Shown here: positions 10,469 through 20,758 of the stretch, piece after piece | Layout of the letters: the number at the start of each line of letters is the position of its first letter | How positions within the stretch are numbered: the first letter of the stretch is position 1 | Source: Bythopirellula sp. | GTDB lineage: Bacteria; Planctomycetota; Planctomycetia; Pirellulales; Lacipirellulaceae | Length of the DNA stretch: 64,000 bases | Direction: 5' to 3' | NCBI GenBank assembly: GCA_965216565.1 | Contig: OZ244170.1 | Span: forward strand, 864,001 to 928,000 | Made by a program: the position numbers and the translations under genes | Notes under the pieces: model-generated | The model's input: the letters and a program-made list of their open reading frames with translations, nothing else | The model's database searches: none | What the model was told of the DNA's origin: nothing

Positions 10469-11962
10469 TCAGTCCGCCAGCTTGGGGAACTCGTCCTTGA
10501 GTGCGGCGTATAGATCTTGGTAGGTAGGGAACGCCGCGTCGTAGGCTTTTCGGTTCTTGGCGATCGGTTTGGTGCTAGACGCCGTCTTGACGGTAGCCGT
10601 GCAGGCTTCGCTAATATTCTTAAACCAACCCGCACCCACGGCAGCAAGCAGGGCCACCCCATAGCCTGGCCCCTCATCGGCTTCCATGGCGGTCACCGTT
10701 TTGCCGAAGACGTCGGCCTGCATCTGTCGCCAGAAAGGACTCTTCGATCCTCCGCCCGACGCGCGAATCTGCCGTACCGGGACGTCGAGTTCCTGCATGA
10801 TGGCGAGCGAATCGCGAAGCGAGTACGTGACACCTTCTAGAATCGAGCGGGAAATGTGTCCCCGCGTGTGTTTGAGAGTGAATCCAATCAGGGCTCCTCT
10901 GGCAAGAGGATCAAGGTGGGGAGTACGCTCTCCAGATAGGTAGGGCAAGAAATACAGCCCCTCGGAACCGGGCGGGACACCGTTGGCTTCGCTAGTGATT
11001 TGGTCGAATTTGGTTCCCGGACAGAACGCGTCGCGGTACCAACCCAGTGAGCCACCCGCATTCAGCGTGACACCCATCATGTGCCATTTGCCTTTCACTG
11101 CATGGCAGAAGGTGTGGAGGCGTCCCTGGGGATCGAATTGGGGTTTGTCGCTATGGGCGAACACCACGCCTGAGGTGCCAATCGAGGTGGCTAGCATGCC
11201 CGATTTCACAATGCCATTGCCCACGGCACCAGCGGCACAGTCGCCCGCCCCGCCAACCACCAAGCAATCGGTCGTGAGCCCCAGCTTTTCGGCGGCCTGT
11301 TTGGTAAGAGAGCCGGTGACTTCCTCCGACTCGAAACAGGAGGGCAGCAGGTCAGCATCCAAGTCGAGCTTTTTCAGCAGTCGGCTCGACCACTTCCGTT
11401 TCACGACATCGAACAGCAACGTCCCGCTGGCGTCGCTTACATCGGTGGCATACTCCCCCGTCAAGCGGCGGCGGATTTCGTCTTTTGGGAGCAGCACTTT
11501 CTTTAGCTTTTTGAAGTTGCGAGGCTCGTTATTTCTGAGCCAAAGGATTTTTGGTGCCGTGAAGCCCGTGAGCGCGGGATTGGCAACCATTTTGATCAAT
11601 TGCTTACGACCCCCGGCCGCTGCTTCAATCTCTTCGCATTCGGCGGTGGTGCGTTGATCGTTCCAAAGCAGGGCAGGGCGGATCACCTTGTCTTTGCTGT
11701 CCAGAAACACCGAGCCATGCATCTGCCCGGAGAGCCCAATTGCCTTCACGTCAGAGGGTTTGAGTTTCGCCTTCTTGACGACCGAATGGACAACTTTCAC
11801 TGTGGCCTTCCACCAATCTTCGGGATCTTGCTCGCTCCATAATGGTTTGGGGTGGGCACAGGGATAGCCTGTTGCTGCTTGGGCGACGATCTTGCCTTTG
11901 GCATCGATGGCCAGTGCTTTGGTGCCTGAGGTTCCGACGTCAATTCCGATACAAACATTCAT
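10469..11962 (-). CDS. xylB: xylulokinase
   Basis: FGGY kinase motifs: GIDVGTSG, SGQMHG, LWNDQR, YLSGERTP. Confidence 0.9.
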   Translation of the reverse strand: MNVCIGIDVGTSGTKALAIDAKGKIVAQAATGYPCAHPKPLWSEQDPEDWWKATVKVVHSVVKKAKLKPSDVKAIGLSGQMHGSVFLDSKDKVIRPALLWNDQRTTAECEEIEAAAGGRKQLIKMVANPALTGFTAPKILWLRNNEPRNFKKLKKVLLPKDEIRRRLTGEYATDVSDASGTLLFDVVKRKWSSRLLKKLDLDADLLPSCFESEEVTGSLTKQAAEKLGLTTDCLVVGGAGDCAAGAVGNGIVKSGMLATSIGTSGVVFAHSDKPQFDPQGRLHTFCHAVKGKWHMMGVTLNAGGSLGWYRDAFCPGTKFDQITSEANGVPPGSEGLYFLPYLSGERTPHLDPLARGALIGFTLKHTRGHISRSILEGVTYSLRDSLAIMQELDVPVRQIRASGGGSKSPFWRQMQADVFGKTVTAMEADEGPGYGVALLAAVGAGWFKNISEACTATVKTASSTKPIAKNRKAYDAAFPTYQDLYAALKDEFPKLAD

Positions 11963-12169
11963 ACGTTGCCATTCCTTAGATTCGCGAGAGCCACTTGGGC
12001 CTTCGAGCGACTATTGCGATCGAAACATAAACCACGGATAAATTTCTCGCACCGTCTGTAGTCTTTTATGGTGCCGAGCGGGCCGCTGCAGATGGCAGCT
12101 TCAAGCGTTACAATTAATTGTTTCGCTCGCCCCGAGTTTTCACTGTTGTAGCAAGACCATAGGTTACAC

Positions 12170-13495
12170 ATGATTGGCCGTCTATTGCTAGCCGCAATAA
12201 TTTTGAACCTGACAAGTTTGGTCGGCTGCGATCAGGAGTCGCAAAAAACAGCATCCGTTTCTCCAACGGCTCAGACTCGTCGCGCTGCTGTCTCCCTGAA
12301 ATTATTGGTCGTTGGCGATCCCCAGCTAGCGGAGGCCGTGCGATTGCAGCGGGGTGAATGGGCCGAGCGAAGCGGCGGAGAACTGATCGTTCAAGAGGTC
12401 AGCCGAGAAGAGTTCCAAACCGCCGAATTGCCCAACGCCGATGTGATTATCTACCCCACACAGTATCTAGCCGAGTTGGTCGTCGGAAAACAACTGCGAA
12501 CCATTCGGCAATCTGTGCTCGACGATTCTCGGTTTGTGTTTGACGATCTCCTGCCAGTCGTACGCAACGAAGTGATGCGCTACGGTGGTGAATTCTTCGC
12601 GATTTCTTTGGGTGAGGCTCCCTTGATGCTTGCTCGCGTTGCCGGCTCGGATGACGAAACTGAAGCCGAAGCTGCACCAAATCGGGCGCCGACTTGGACT
12701 GAACTCGCGAAGCTCCATCTAGAAGGGCGGCCAGCGGAGGAACTTATCGCTCGAGCGGCAAGTTTTGTCGATCCTCAATTACGCAGCGAGCTGCTCTTCG
12801 ACCCCAAAGACATGAACCCACGCCTGACGGCCCCTCATTTTCGCAGAGCACTGGAGCAAATGGCTTTAGGTGGTGGAAATAGACCAGAGGCAGGCGGCTA
12901 TAAAGTAGCATGCCCTACTGCTAGTGCATTGGGGGATAGTCAAAGGTGGCGACTTTCGAGACTGCCTCAAGCCGAAGAGACGTATAACTCGATTCGCGAA
13001 CGCTGGGAACCACAAACGCTAACTCCCACCTTGGCGGTGATTGGATTTGCTGGTCGAGCCGCGAGCGTGACATCCTCCACTCGAAACGCGACGTCGGCAT
13101 TCAAATTGCTCGGCTGGTTAGGCAGCGGTACGCCAGCTATTCGCATTAGCAGCAGTAGCGAGGAGACAACCTTCTTCCGCAATTCGCAGCGCCGCCAATC
13201 GGAGAAGTGGCTGGGCCGTTCGAATGAGGGGGCTGCAGCACCCATTGCGGCTTTGCTCTCAACCGACGAGCCTTTCTTGATGCCTCGTATTCCAGAAATA
13301 GACCGATATCTCGACGTGCTAGACGAAACCTTGAAACAAGATCGGGCCCTTAAGCAGGAAGATAGAGGCCAGGATATCGCCGAGTTGCTCGAATCTGTAT
13401 CAAAGAGATGGCAAGAGCTCACGGAGAAGTTGGGCCGAGAGCGTCAGTTGCATTGTTACCGGCTCCATTTAGGCCTGGAAAGCTGGTCCGATTGA
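12170..13495 (+). CDS. lipoprotein, extracellular solute-binding-like
   Basis: Lipobox LVGC; weak resemblance to sugar-binding proteins; divergent from xylB. Confidence 0.6.
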   Translation: MIGRLLLAAIILNLTSLVGCDQESQKTASVSPTAQTRRAAVSLKLLVVGDPQLAEAVRLQRGEWAERSGGELIVQEVSREEFQTAELPNADVIIYPTQYLAELVVGKQLRTIRQSVLDDSRFVFDDLLPVVRNEVMRYGGEFFAISLGEAPLMLARVAGSDDETEAEAAPNRAPTWTELAKLHLEGRPAEELIARAASFVDPQLRSELLFDPKDMNPRLTAPHFRRALEQMALGGGNRPEAGGYKVACPTASALGDSQRWRLSRLPQAEETYNSIRERWEPQTLTPTLAVIGFAGRAASVTSSTRNATSAFKLLGWLGSGTPAIRISSSSEETTFFRNSQRRQSEKWLGRSNEGAAAPIAALLSTDEPFLMPRIPEIDRYLDVLDETLKQDRALKQEDRGQDIAELLESVSKRWQELTEKLGRERQLHCYRLHLGLESWSD

Positions 13496-13525
13496 CTCAG
13501 GCCGAAGAGCTTGCATTGCGCGGCC

Positions 13526-13585
13526 GTAGCTGGATTCGCAAGAATTTCGAAGCCGGAGTAGCTGAATTCTTGCGAATCCAGCTAC
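13526..13585. repeat. GTAG-type REP-like inverted pair, copy 2
   Basis: GTAGCTGGATTCGCAAGAATT ... GAATTCTTGCGAATCCAGCTAC. Confidence 0.8.
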
Positions 13586-13876
13586 TTCGAATTTGAGCGG
13601 AACGAGCCGAGGCGCCCCGCCCCAGGCCAACCGACGAGGGGGCAATTCGGCCCGCTGGTATTTGTGTCCGTTTGACGACTAGTTTGACGACTAGGAAGAC
13701 ATTTAGTCGTTCCAGAAACGGTGCCTTTACAACCGTCCTACACCTGCTCTACGGGTTGTCAAAGCGGAGGGGAAGCGTTAGCCTCAAGGGTTCCTATTTG
13801 TTCTATCCAGCCCGTCATACGGGACTGTTTTTGCTCCGTCCCAAACTTAGACCCCCGATCTTAGACATCGCTCCCC

Positions 13877-15121
13877 ATGATTCGTAGCGCTCAGGACGAC
13901 CACCGTATCGTGATCACTGGAGTGGGGCTCACTGCGCCTAATGGAAACAACTTGGCCGACTACCGGGCGGCCCTGTTGGCGGGCAAGAGCGGCGTTGATC
14001 GCTACCACATCCGCTACGTGGGCGATACGCTCGCTGGCCAGTGCGACTTCGACGAACTGAAACATCAAAAGCGCAAGGAATTGCGACGCGGAACCCGAGC
14101 CGGCAGCGTCGGCATCTATTGTGCCAACGAGGCGATCGCCGATTCGGGCATCGAATGGTCGGAACTCGATCGCAACCGAGTGGGCGTTTACGTTGGCGTG
14201 ACCGAGCACGGCAATGTTGAGACCGAAAACGAGATTAACGAGATCAAGGCGTTTGATTACGACACCAAGGTTTGGTCGCATCATCACAACCCACGTACCG
14301 TGGCGAACAACCCCGCAGGCGAAATTACGCTGAATCTTGGCATCACGGGACCTCACTACACGATTGGTGCCGCCTGTGCCGCAGGTAATGCCGGTTTGAT
14401 CCAAGGCGCTCAGATGCTGCAACTGGGCGAGTGCGACCTGGCCATTGCCGGTGGACTTTCCGAAAGCATTCACACTTTTGGCATCTTCGCCGGATTTGCG
14501 AGCCAAGGGGCACTTGCTGCCAATGTCGATCCGGCCAGTGCCAGTCGTCCCTTCGATCGCGATCGCAATGGCATCGTGGTTTCGGAAGGGGGGTGCCTGT
14601 TCGTATTAGAGCGTTACAGCAGCGCTGCACTACGCGGCGCAAAAATCTATGGCGAACTGGTTGGCCACGCGATGACCAGCGATGCCAGCGACTTTGTGCT
14701 TCCCAATCCAGAGCAGCAAGCTCGTTGTATGAATTTGGCGCTCGATCGGGCTGAGCTTAATGCCGAGGATATCGACATTGTAAGCACTCATGCCACTGCC
14801 ACGGAAAGTGGCGATATCCAGGAATGTGCCGCATTGCGACGTGTTTTCGGCGATTCACCAGAGGTGTTGATCAACAATACGAAGAGTTTCATCGGTCACG
14901 CAATGGGAGCGGCTGGATCGTTGGAGTTGGTAGGCAATTTGCCGGCTTTCACAGATAATATTTGCCATCATACGATCAACGTCGACCATCTCGATCCGCA
15001 ATGCGAGTTGCCGGGATTGGTGCTCCAAGAGCCAAGAACAAAGAAGAATGTCGAGTATATTCTCAACAATTCCTTTGGAATGTTGGGGATCAATTCGGTG
15101 GTGATCATCAAACGAGTGTAG
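13877..15121 (+). CDS. beta-ketoacyl-ACP synthase (FabF/FabB family)
   Basis: Intact C-H-H triad: AACAAG, THATAT, KSFIGHAMGAAG; also RPFDRDRNG and NSFG. Confidence 0.92.
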   Translation: MIRSAQDDHRIVITGVGLTAPNGNNLADYRAALLAGKSGVDRYHIRYVGDTLAGQCDFDELKHQKRKELRRGTRAGSVGIYCANEAIADSGIEWSELDRNRVGVYVGVTEHGNVETENEINEIKAFDYDTKVWSHHHNPRTVANNPAGEITLNLGITGPHYTIGAACAAGNAGLIQGAQMLQLGECDLAIAGGLSESIHTFGIFAGFASQGALAANVDPASASRPFDRDRNGIVVSEGGCLFVLERYSSAALRGAKIYGELVGHAMTSDASDFVLPNPEQQARCMNLALDRAELNAEDIDIVSTHATATESGDIQECAALRRVFGDSPEVLINNTKSFIGHAMGAAGSLELVGNLPAFTDNICHHTINVDHLDPQCELPGLVLQEPRTKKNVEYILNNSFGMLGINSVVIIKRV

Positions 15122-15194
15122 TCCCCGGCTTTGCCGCGGGATTGTGAGAACCCTAAACTTAGCCAATCAGATCCTCCGGCAGAGCCGGGGGCTA
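15118..15194. repeat. REP-like pair TAGCCCCCGGCTCTGCCGGGG, copy 1
   Basis: Inverted arms GTAGTCCCCGGCTTTGCCG / CCGGCAGAGCCGGGGGCTA; copy 2 at 50464-50546. Confidence 0.75.
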
Positions 15195-15222
15195 GCAAAG
15201 AATTATCACAAAGAGAAATAAC

Positions 15223-15483
15223 ATGACTAACGAAGAGATCCGAGAAGAAGTCCTCGACATCCTTGAAGTAATTGCTCCCGATGAAGACTTGAGCAATCTG
15301 GACGATGGGGTGAATTTCCGCGACCAGCTTGAACTCGATAGCATGGACTTCTTGGATATCGTCATGGAACTACGCAAGCGTCACCGCGTTCAGATCCCCG
15401 AAGACGACTATGTCAATCTGGCCAGCATGGACTCGACGGTCACGTATCTCGAACCGATGATGAAAGACATTCAAAAGGTTTGA
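15223..15483 (+). CDS. acyl carrier protein
   Basis: 86 aa, acidic, LDSMDF phosphopantetheine site. Confidence 0.92.
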   Translation: MTNEEIREEVLDILEVIAPDEDLSNLDDGVNFRDQLELDSMDFLDIVMELRKRHRVQIPEDDYVNLASMDSTVTYLEPMMKDIQKV

Positions 15484-15493
15484 GTGGAGGCAG

Positions 15494-15604
15494 GAGTTAG
15501 TGACTAAGAGCTAGAGACTAGGGAACTCTAGAAATCCGATCCTTGGTAACTTGGGCCTTGCTCTTTTCTCTCAACTAGCCCCTAGTCCCCAAATCCTAGC
15601 CCCT
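15494..15604. repeat. inverted arms of 7-nt tandem units (GAGCTAG / CTAGCCC)
   Basis: gagttag tgactaa gagctag agactag ... caactag cccctag tccccaa atcctag. Confidence 0.65.
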
Positions 15605-15607
15605 CCC

Positions 15608-16984
15608 ATGTATGACACGATTATTATCGGCGCTGGAATGTCGGGGCTGGCGGCCGGGATTCGTCTGGCGTATTACGATCAGAAGGTCTGCATTCTCGAA
15701 CGGCATTATACGATCGGCGGGCTCAATTCTTTCTACCGCATGCGAGGGCGCGACTACGACGTCGGCCTACACGCGCTCACCAATATCACTCCTAAAGGCA
15801 CCAAGAAGGGCCCGTTGGCGCGACTGTTAAGACAGCTGCGCATGTCTTGGGACGAGCTGGAAATCGCCCCCCAGGTGGGCTCGGCAATCGTTTTTCCGGG
15901 CACGAGTTTAAAATTCACCAACGAGCTCGACCTGTTGCGCGCAGAAGTCGCCCGCGAATTCCCTAACCAGATCGATAACTTCGAAAAGCTGATCGCATCG
16001 GTTGTGGAGTACGACGATCTCGACGAGTCGCACCAGCATATCTCCGCACGCGAGCATCTGGGAACGATTATCACTGAGCCGTTGCTGATCGAGATGTTAT
16101 TTTGCCCACTAATGTTTTATGGTTCGGCTCGCGAGTACGACATGGATTGGGGACAGTTCTCGATCATGTTCCGCAGCATTTTTATGGAAGGCCTGGGGAG
16201 GCCGTTTGCCGGAGTGCGGTTGATCCTCAAGCAGTTGGTGCGGAAGTTTCGAGGGCAGGGCGGCGAGCTAAAGCTCCGTGCGGGCGTCAAACGGCTGATT
16301 GTGGAAGACAGCCAGGTGCGCGGCGTCGAGCTAGAAAGCGGCGAAGTGATCGAGGGTCGCCGTGTGCTTTCCTCTGCTGGTTGGTGCGAGACGATGCGGA
16401 TGTGTGACGATGGAGAGCCCGTGGCCAGTCGGGCACCAGGGAAGCTGAGTTTTTGTGAAACCATCGCCACGCTCGATATCCAACCTCAGCAGCTCGGTTA
16501 CGACCGTACCATCACGTTCTTCAACGATTCGGACAAGTTCGACTGGTCAGCCTCCAACTCGCCCTGTGATGTGCGGAGCGGGGTGATCTGTTCTCCGAAT
16601 AATTTCGAATACGGTCAGTTGCTTGACGAAGGCACGATGCGTATCACCGTGCTGGCCGATTTCGACTATTGGAAAAACTTGGACGAACAAACGTATGCCC
16701 TCGAAAAGCTCCGGTGGTACGACGCGATCACCGAGTCGGCCGTGCGATTTGTTCCCGACTACCGCAATCGGGTGATTGATACCGACATGTTTACGCCCAC
16801 CACCATCGTGCGATTCACGGGGCACGACAATGGGGCCATCTACGGAGCCCCAGAGAAACAAATCGATGGCCGTACGCACCTCAAGAACCTGTTCGTCTGT
16901 GGCACCGACCAAGGCTTCGTCGGTATCATCGGCAGCGTCACCAGCGGCATCGGCATGGCTAACCAGCATTGTTTGCGGGATTGA
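15608..16984 (+). CDS. phytoene desaturase (CrtI)-like FAD oxidoreductase 1
   Basis: IIGAGMSGL FAD motif, DVGLHA, TPTTIVRFTGHDNGAIYG, NLFVCG. Confidence 0.85.
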   Translation: MYDTIIIGAGMSGLAAGIRLAYYDQKVCILERHYTIGGLNSFYRMRGRDYDVGLHALTNITPKGTKKGPLARLLRQLRMSWDELEIAPQVGSAIVFPGTSLKFTNELDLLRAEVAREFPNQIDNFEKLIASVVEYDDLDESHQHISAREHLGTIITEPLLIEMLFCPLMFYGSAREYDMDWGQFSIMFRSIFMEGLGRPFAGVRLILKQLVRKFRGQGGELKLRAGVKRLIVEDSQVRGVELESGEVIEGRRVLSSAGWCETMRMCDDGEPVASRAPGKLSFCETIATLDIQPQQLGYDRTITFFNDSDKFDWSASNSPCDVRSGVICSPNNFEYGQLLDEGTMRITVLADFDYWKNLDEQTYALEKLRWYDAITESAVRFVPDYRNRVIDTDMFTPTTIVRFTGHDNGAIYGAPEKQIDGRTHLKNLFVCGTDQGFVGIIGSVTSGIGMANQHCLRD

Positions 16985-17072
16985 GGTGATTGAACGTGAG
17001 AGTATCTTCACACAGCGTATCCTCTCAAAAGCGAAGTAACTAACTCATTGATAAATCACTCCAACTGGAGCT

Positions 17073-17725
17073 GCCCTGAAAGGGCAAGGTACGACAGCCC
17101 AGGGCGCTAGCCCTGGGTGCGGAGAGAACCCAGTATTTAGCCCTGACGGGGCGTCATAATGGTTTGAAAAACGAGTTATTATGGCTCAATCATTGTCCAA
17201 CGTTCTCTTGCATCTGGTATTCAGCACGAAAAATCGGCGTCCCTGGATTGATGCACAAATCGAGTCTGAAATGCACGCCTATTTGGCTTCTGTATGCAAG
17301 TCGCTGGGATGTCCCGCGCAAAAAGTCGGAGGTGTTGAAGATCACGTGCACGTTTTGTGCTTACTCTCTCGGACGATTGAGATCAGTGATTTATTGGGAA
17401 AAATCAAGGCAAACTCGTCACGTTGGATTAAAACCAAAGGGCCAGGATACAGCGAGTTTTCATGGCAAAACGGATATGGTGCGTTCTCAATTGGGCAGTC
17501 CCAGTTGGAAGCTGCCAAAGAGTACATCGCAAATCAAAGGGAGCATCATCGAGGCCGATCTTTCCAAGAGGAGTATCGAGCATTGCTGGAAAAGTACCGC
17601 GTCGAGTATGATGAGCGTTACGTTTGGGATTGAGTTTTAGGCCGCTCCGTTGGAGGTCTGGGTTGTAAATCGATCCCAAACCCAGGGCTGACGCCCTGGG
17701 CTATCGTAGGTCGGCCTTTCAGGCC
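17073..17725. mobile_element. Y1 (HUH) transposase element bounded by 46-bp palindromic inverted repeats (IS200-like or REP-associated)
   Basis: Left arm GCCCTGAAAGGGCAAGGTACGACAGCCCAGGGCGCTAGCCCTGGGT; right arm (reverse complement) GGCCTGAAAGGCCGACCTACGATAGCCCAGGGCGTCAGCCCTGGGT. Confidence 0.8.
17181..17633 (+). CDS. tnpA: IS200/IS605-family tyrosine transposase TnpA
   Basis: HLVFSTK, DHVH (HUH), WQNGYGAFS, catalytic Tyr in YIANQ. Confidence 0.92.
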   Translation: MAQSLSNVLLHLVFSTKNRRPWIDAQIESEMHAYLASVCKSLGCPAQKVGGVEDHVHVLCLLSRTIEISDLLGKIKANSSRWIKTKGPGYSEFSWQNGYGAFSIGQSQLEAAKEYIANQREHHRGRSFQEEYRALLEKYRVEYDERYVWD

Positions 17726-17771
17726 TGAATTCTAAAAACTTGTCCTCGCCCAAGAACCACACCGCTGACCG

Positions 17772-19220
17772 ATGCCGAAAGATTTTCTGAAAGATGCTCG
17801 GGACGAGTACGATGTGGTTGTCATCGGCAGTGGCCTGGGGGGGCTGACTGCGGCCAATATGTTGGCTCGTAACGGATACAGCGTTCTATTGCTTGAGCAG
17901 CATTACAAGCTGGGTGGCATGGCCACGTGGTTCAAACGGCCCGGCGGGCACATTTTTGACATCTCGTTGCATGGCTTTCCCTACGGCATGGTGAAAAGCT
18001 GTCGGCGGTATTGGAACCAAGAAATAGCCGACTCGATTGTGCAGCTCAATCACATTCGGTTCGACAATCCGATGTTCTCGCTAACTACGACGTTCAATCG
18101 CAAGGATTTCACGAAGTTATTGATCGAAGAATTTAAAGTCGACTCGGAGGCGGTGAACGGGTTCTTCGACGCCGCACGACAGATGGACTTCCAAGACGAT
18201 CAGCATTTGACGACACGCGAGCTATTCGATCGCTTTTTCCCTGGACGCGAAGATGTGATTCGCCTGTTGATGGAGCCGATCACTTACGCCAATGGAAGTA
18301 CGCTCGAAGATCCCGCGATCAGCTACGGGATCGTGTTTTCAAACTTTATGAGCAAGGGCGTGTTTACGTTTCAAGGCGGCACCGACCGACTCATTAAGTT
18401 GATGGAACAGGAGATGATCGACAGCGGCGTCGACATCCGCATTAAGTGCGATGTGGAAAAGATTAACTGCGAAGGGGGGCGGGTCCGCTCGGTTGTGGTG
18501 AATGGACGTACGATCAAAACGAAGGCCGTCGTTTCCAATGCAAATCTCAAGCAGACGATTTTCCGCTTGGTGGGAGAAGATAAATTCGATTCCAAGTTTG
18601 TGGAAGATGCTCGGGCGGTACGGTTGAATAATTCGAGTACACAGGTCTACATGGCACTGAAGGAAGACGACGAGATCGACGAGTCGACCGGGGACTTGCT
18701 ATTTAGCTCCACCGCCCCGCTGTTCCGCACCGATCTGCTCCTCAGCCGCGATATTACCAGTCGTACGTATTCGTTCTACTATCCCCGCACACGTCCCCAG
18801 GGGAAACCACGGTGTCTGATCGTTTCCAGCACGAATGCCCGTTACGAAGATTGGGCGGACCTCTCGGAAGAAGAGTACGAGGCGAGCAAGCAGGACCTCG
18901 TGGAAACCACGCTCGACGCTTTGGATAAATACGTGCCCAACGTTCGCGAGCGGATCGACCATGCCGAGGCTTCCACGCCGCTCACGTTCAAGCATTACAC
19001 GCAGCACATTGCGGGCGCGAGTTTCGGGACCAAGTTCGAGGGCTTACGAGTGAGCTTCGATGTGCCTAAGCAAATCGAGGGGCTCTATCACGCTGGTAGC
19101 GTCGGCATTATCATGTCCGGCTGGCTAGGGGCGATGAACTATGGGCGAATGGTTTCCAGCGACGTAGATAACTACCTGGCCACCAACTCGTCCCGTCCCG
19201 CGGCTGAGGTTGGTTCTTAA
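17772..19220 (+). CDS. phytoene desaturase (CrtI)-like FAD oxidoreductase 2
   Basis: [27 protein letters not shown]...GASFG, GLYHAG. Confidence 0.85.
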   Translation: MPKDFLKDARDEYDVVVIGSGLGGLTAANMLARNGYSVLLLEQHYKLGGMATWFKRPGGHIFDISLHGFPYGMVKSCRRYWNQEIADSIVQLNHIRFDNPMFSLTTTFNRKDFTKLLIEEFKVDSEAVNGFFDAARQMDFQDDQHLTTRELFDRFFPGREDVIRLLMEPITYANGSTLEDPAISYGIVFSNFMSKGVFTFQGGTDRLIKLMEQEMIDSGVDIRIKCDVEKINCEGGRVRSVVVNGRTIKTKAVVSNANLKQTIFRLVGEDKFDSKFVEDARAVRLNNSSTQVYMALKEDDEIDESTGDLLFSSTAPLFRTDLLLSRDITSRTYSFYYPRTRPQGKPRCLIVSSTNARYEDWADLSEEEYEASKQDLVETTLDALDKYVPNVRERIDHAEASTPLTFKHYTQHIAGASFGTKFEGLRVSFDVPKQIEGLYHAGSVGIIMSGWLGAMNYGRMVSSDVDNYLATNSSRPAAEVGS

Positions 19221-19230
19221 GTTTTTGTCC

Positions 19231-19454
19231 CTCGCATAGGCGCTAAGGCTCACAGACTAGGATCATGCTCAGGTACGCAAAGCCTTAGTAGACAGGATGA
19301 CTGGATTGGCCGGATTAACAAGATAGGATTTCATCGTTGCAAGCTATTTCAAATTCCATAGCGCGTTTAGTCTCCGGACAATGATTTTTTGTTGAACCGG
19401 TCACACTTTTATCAAGTCAAATCGCTCACTTTGCGGCTTAGCGCCTTTGCGAGA
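19231..19454. repeat. composite inverted-arm element (outer CGCAAAGGCGCTAAG family, nested CAGGAT 9-mer arm)
   Basis: CTCGCATAGGCGCTAAGG (19231) pairs with CTTTGCGGCTTAGCGCCTTTGCGAG; inner TAGACAGGATGACTGGATT matches the arm at 55410. Confidence 0.7.
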
Positions 19455-19467
19455 GACAATTCAAAAT

Positions 19468-19929
19468 ATGACCCTCGAAACCATCAAAGCGGCTATTCCG
19501 CATCGGGAACCATTTCTTCTTGTTGACGAGATTGTGGAACAGACCGCAGAGCGTATTGTTTGCCGCAAGCAGTTCAGTGGCGACGAATTCTGGTACCAGG
19601 GGCATTATCCGGACTATCCACTGACGCCTGGAGTCCTGCTTTGCGAAGCGGCCATGCAAGCGGGAGCGGTATTGCTTTCGGAGATCACGAAGCAAGCGCA
19701 GGAGAACGAAATCCCTGGCGGTGTGCCGGTGGCGACGCGGCTGAATAACGTGCAGTTTCGCAACATGGTCCATCCCGGACAGAGTATTCAGATCGAAGTC
19801 GATCTCATAGAGCGTCTCTCGAATGCCTATTTCATGAAGGCCAAGGTTACGAACGAATCCACGGGCAAACTGGCCGCGCGGCTGGAGTTTGCCTGCACGG
19901 TCGCACCGCCGGAGGCCAACGCTCCGTAG
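19468..19929 (+). CDS. 3-hydroxyacyl-ACP dehydratase, FabZ/FabA family
   Basis: IPHREPFLLVD; GHYP...PGVLLCE His/Glu dyad. Confidence 0.88.
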   Translation: MTLETIKAAIPHREPFLLVDEIVEQTAERIVCRKQFSGDEFWYQGHYPDYPLTPGVLLCEAAMQAGAVLLSEITKQAQENEIPGGVPVATRLNNVQFRNMVHPGQSIQIEVDLIERLSNAYFMKAKVTNESTGKLAARLEFACTVAPPEANAP

Positions 19930-19945
19930 GGAGCGGTAAACGTTC

Positions 19946-20758
19946 ATGCCTGCCGATTTTCTCCAACTCGCTGGGAAGCGCATCGTGGTATTCGGCGTGG
20001 CCAATCGCAAGAGCGTGGCCTACCACGTGGCTCAGGTTCTCCAAGAAGCCGATGCCGAGGTAATTTACGTCGTCAGGAGCGAGGACCGCCGGCAATCGGT
20101 TGGCAAGCTTATCGGGGATCGACCTCTTTACGTTTGCGATGTGGAGCATCAGGACCAAATCGATCATCTGGCCGACGAACTCAAGCAGAGCTACGACGAA
20201 CTTCATGGCATCGTGCATTCCATCGCCTTTGGCGACTACTCAGAGGGGCCCAAGCCCTTCCACGAAACAAGCAAGGATCAAATGCTAAGGGCCTTTGATA
20301 TCTCTTGTTTTTCACTGGTGGCTATATCCAATGCTCTGAAGAATTCGCTCGTTAAGGATGCCTCTGTGGTAACGATCTCGATATCTACCACGCGGATGGC
20401 TAGTGAAAACTATGGCTTTATGGCCCCGGTGAAAGCAGCCCTCGATTCCAGCCTGGCATTTTTGGCGAAATCGTTCAGCCGATTTTCGGAAGTTCGTTTC
20501 AATGCCGTTTCGCCTGGCTTGCTGAAAACTTCCGCTTCGGCGGGTATTCCCGGCTATGTGGATAGCTATCTCTATGCCGAGCGAGCGACGCTTCGGCACC
20601 GCGCCGTGGAGACTGGCGAGGTGGCCAATGCGGTGGCGTTTTTGCTCAGCCCCCGATCGAGTGGGATGACCACGCAGCGGCTGGTGATCGATGCTGGGAT
20701 GGAGGTCAACTACTTCGACGAGGGGCTTATTCAAGCTCAAAGTCCCGAAAAACCGTAA
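19946..20758 (+). CDS. enoyl-ACP reductase, FabI-like SDR
   Basis: [22 protein letters not shown] (YxxMxxxK), T.ASAGIPG. Confidence 0.88.
   Translation: MPADFLQLAGKRIVVFGVANRKSVAYHVAQVLQEADAEVIYVVRSEDRRQSVGKLIGDRPLYVCDVEHQDQIDHLADELKQSYDELHGIVHSIAFGDYSEGPKPFHETSKDQMLRAFDISCFSLVAISNALKNSLVKDASVVTISISTTRMASENYGFMAPVKAALDSSLAFLAKSFSRFSEVRFNAVSPGLLKTSASAGIPGYVDSYLYAERATLRHRAVETGEVANAVAFLLSPRSSGMTTQRLVIDAGMEVNYFDEGLIQAQSPEKP

Noticed and set aside
15608..19220. Carotenoid biosynthesis cluster
   Set aside because: No phytoene/squalene synthase, prenyltransferase or cyclase nearby; the context is ACP/Fab genes.
13877..20758. Ladderane biosynthesis per se
   Set aside because: No radical SAM genes in the cluster and no anammox markers; only partial similarity of gene content.
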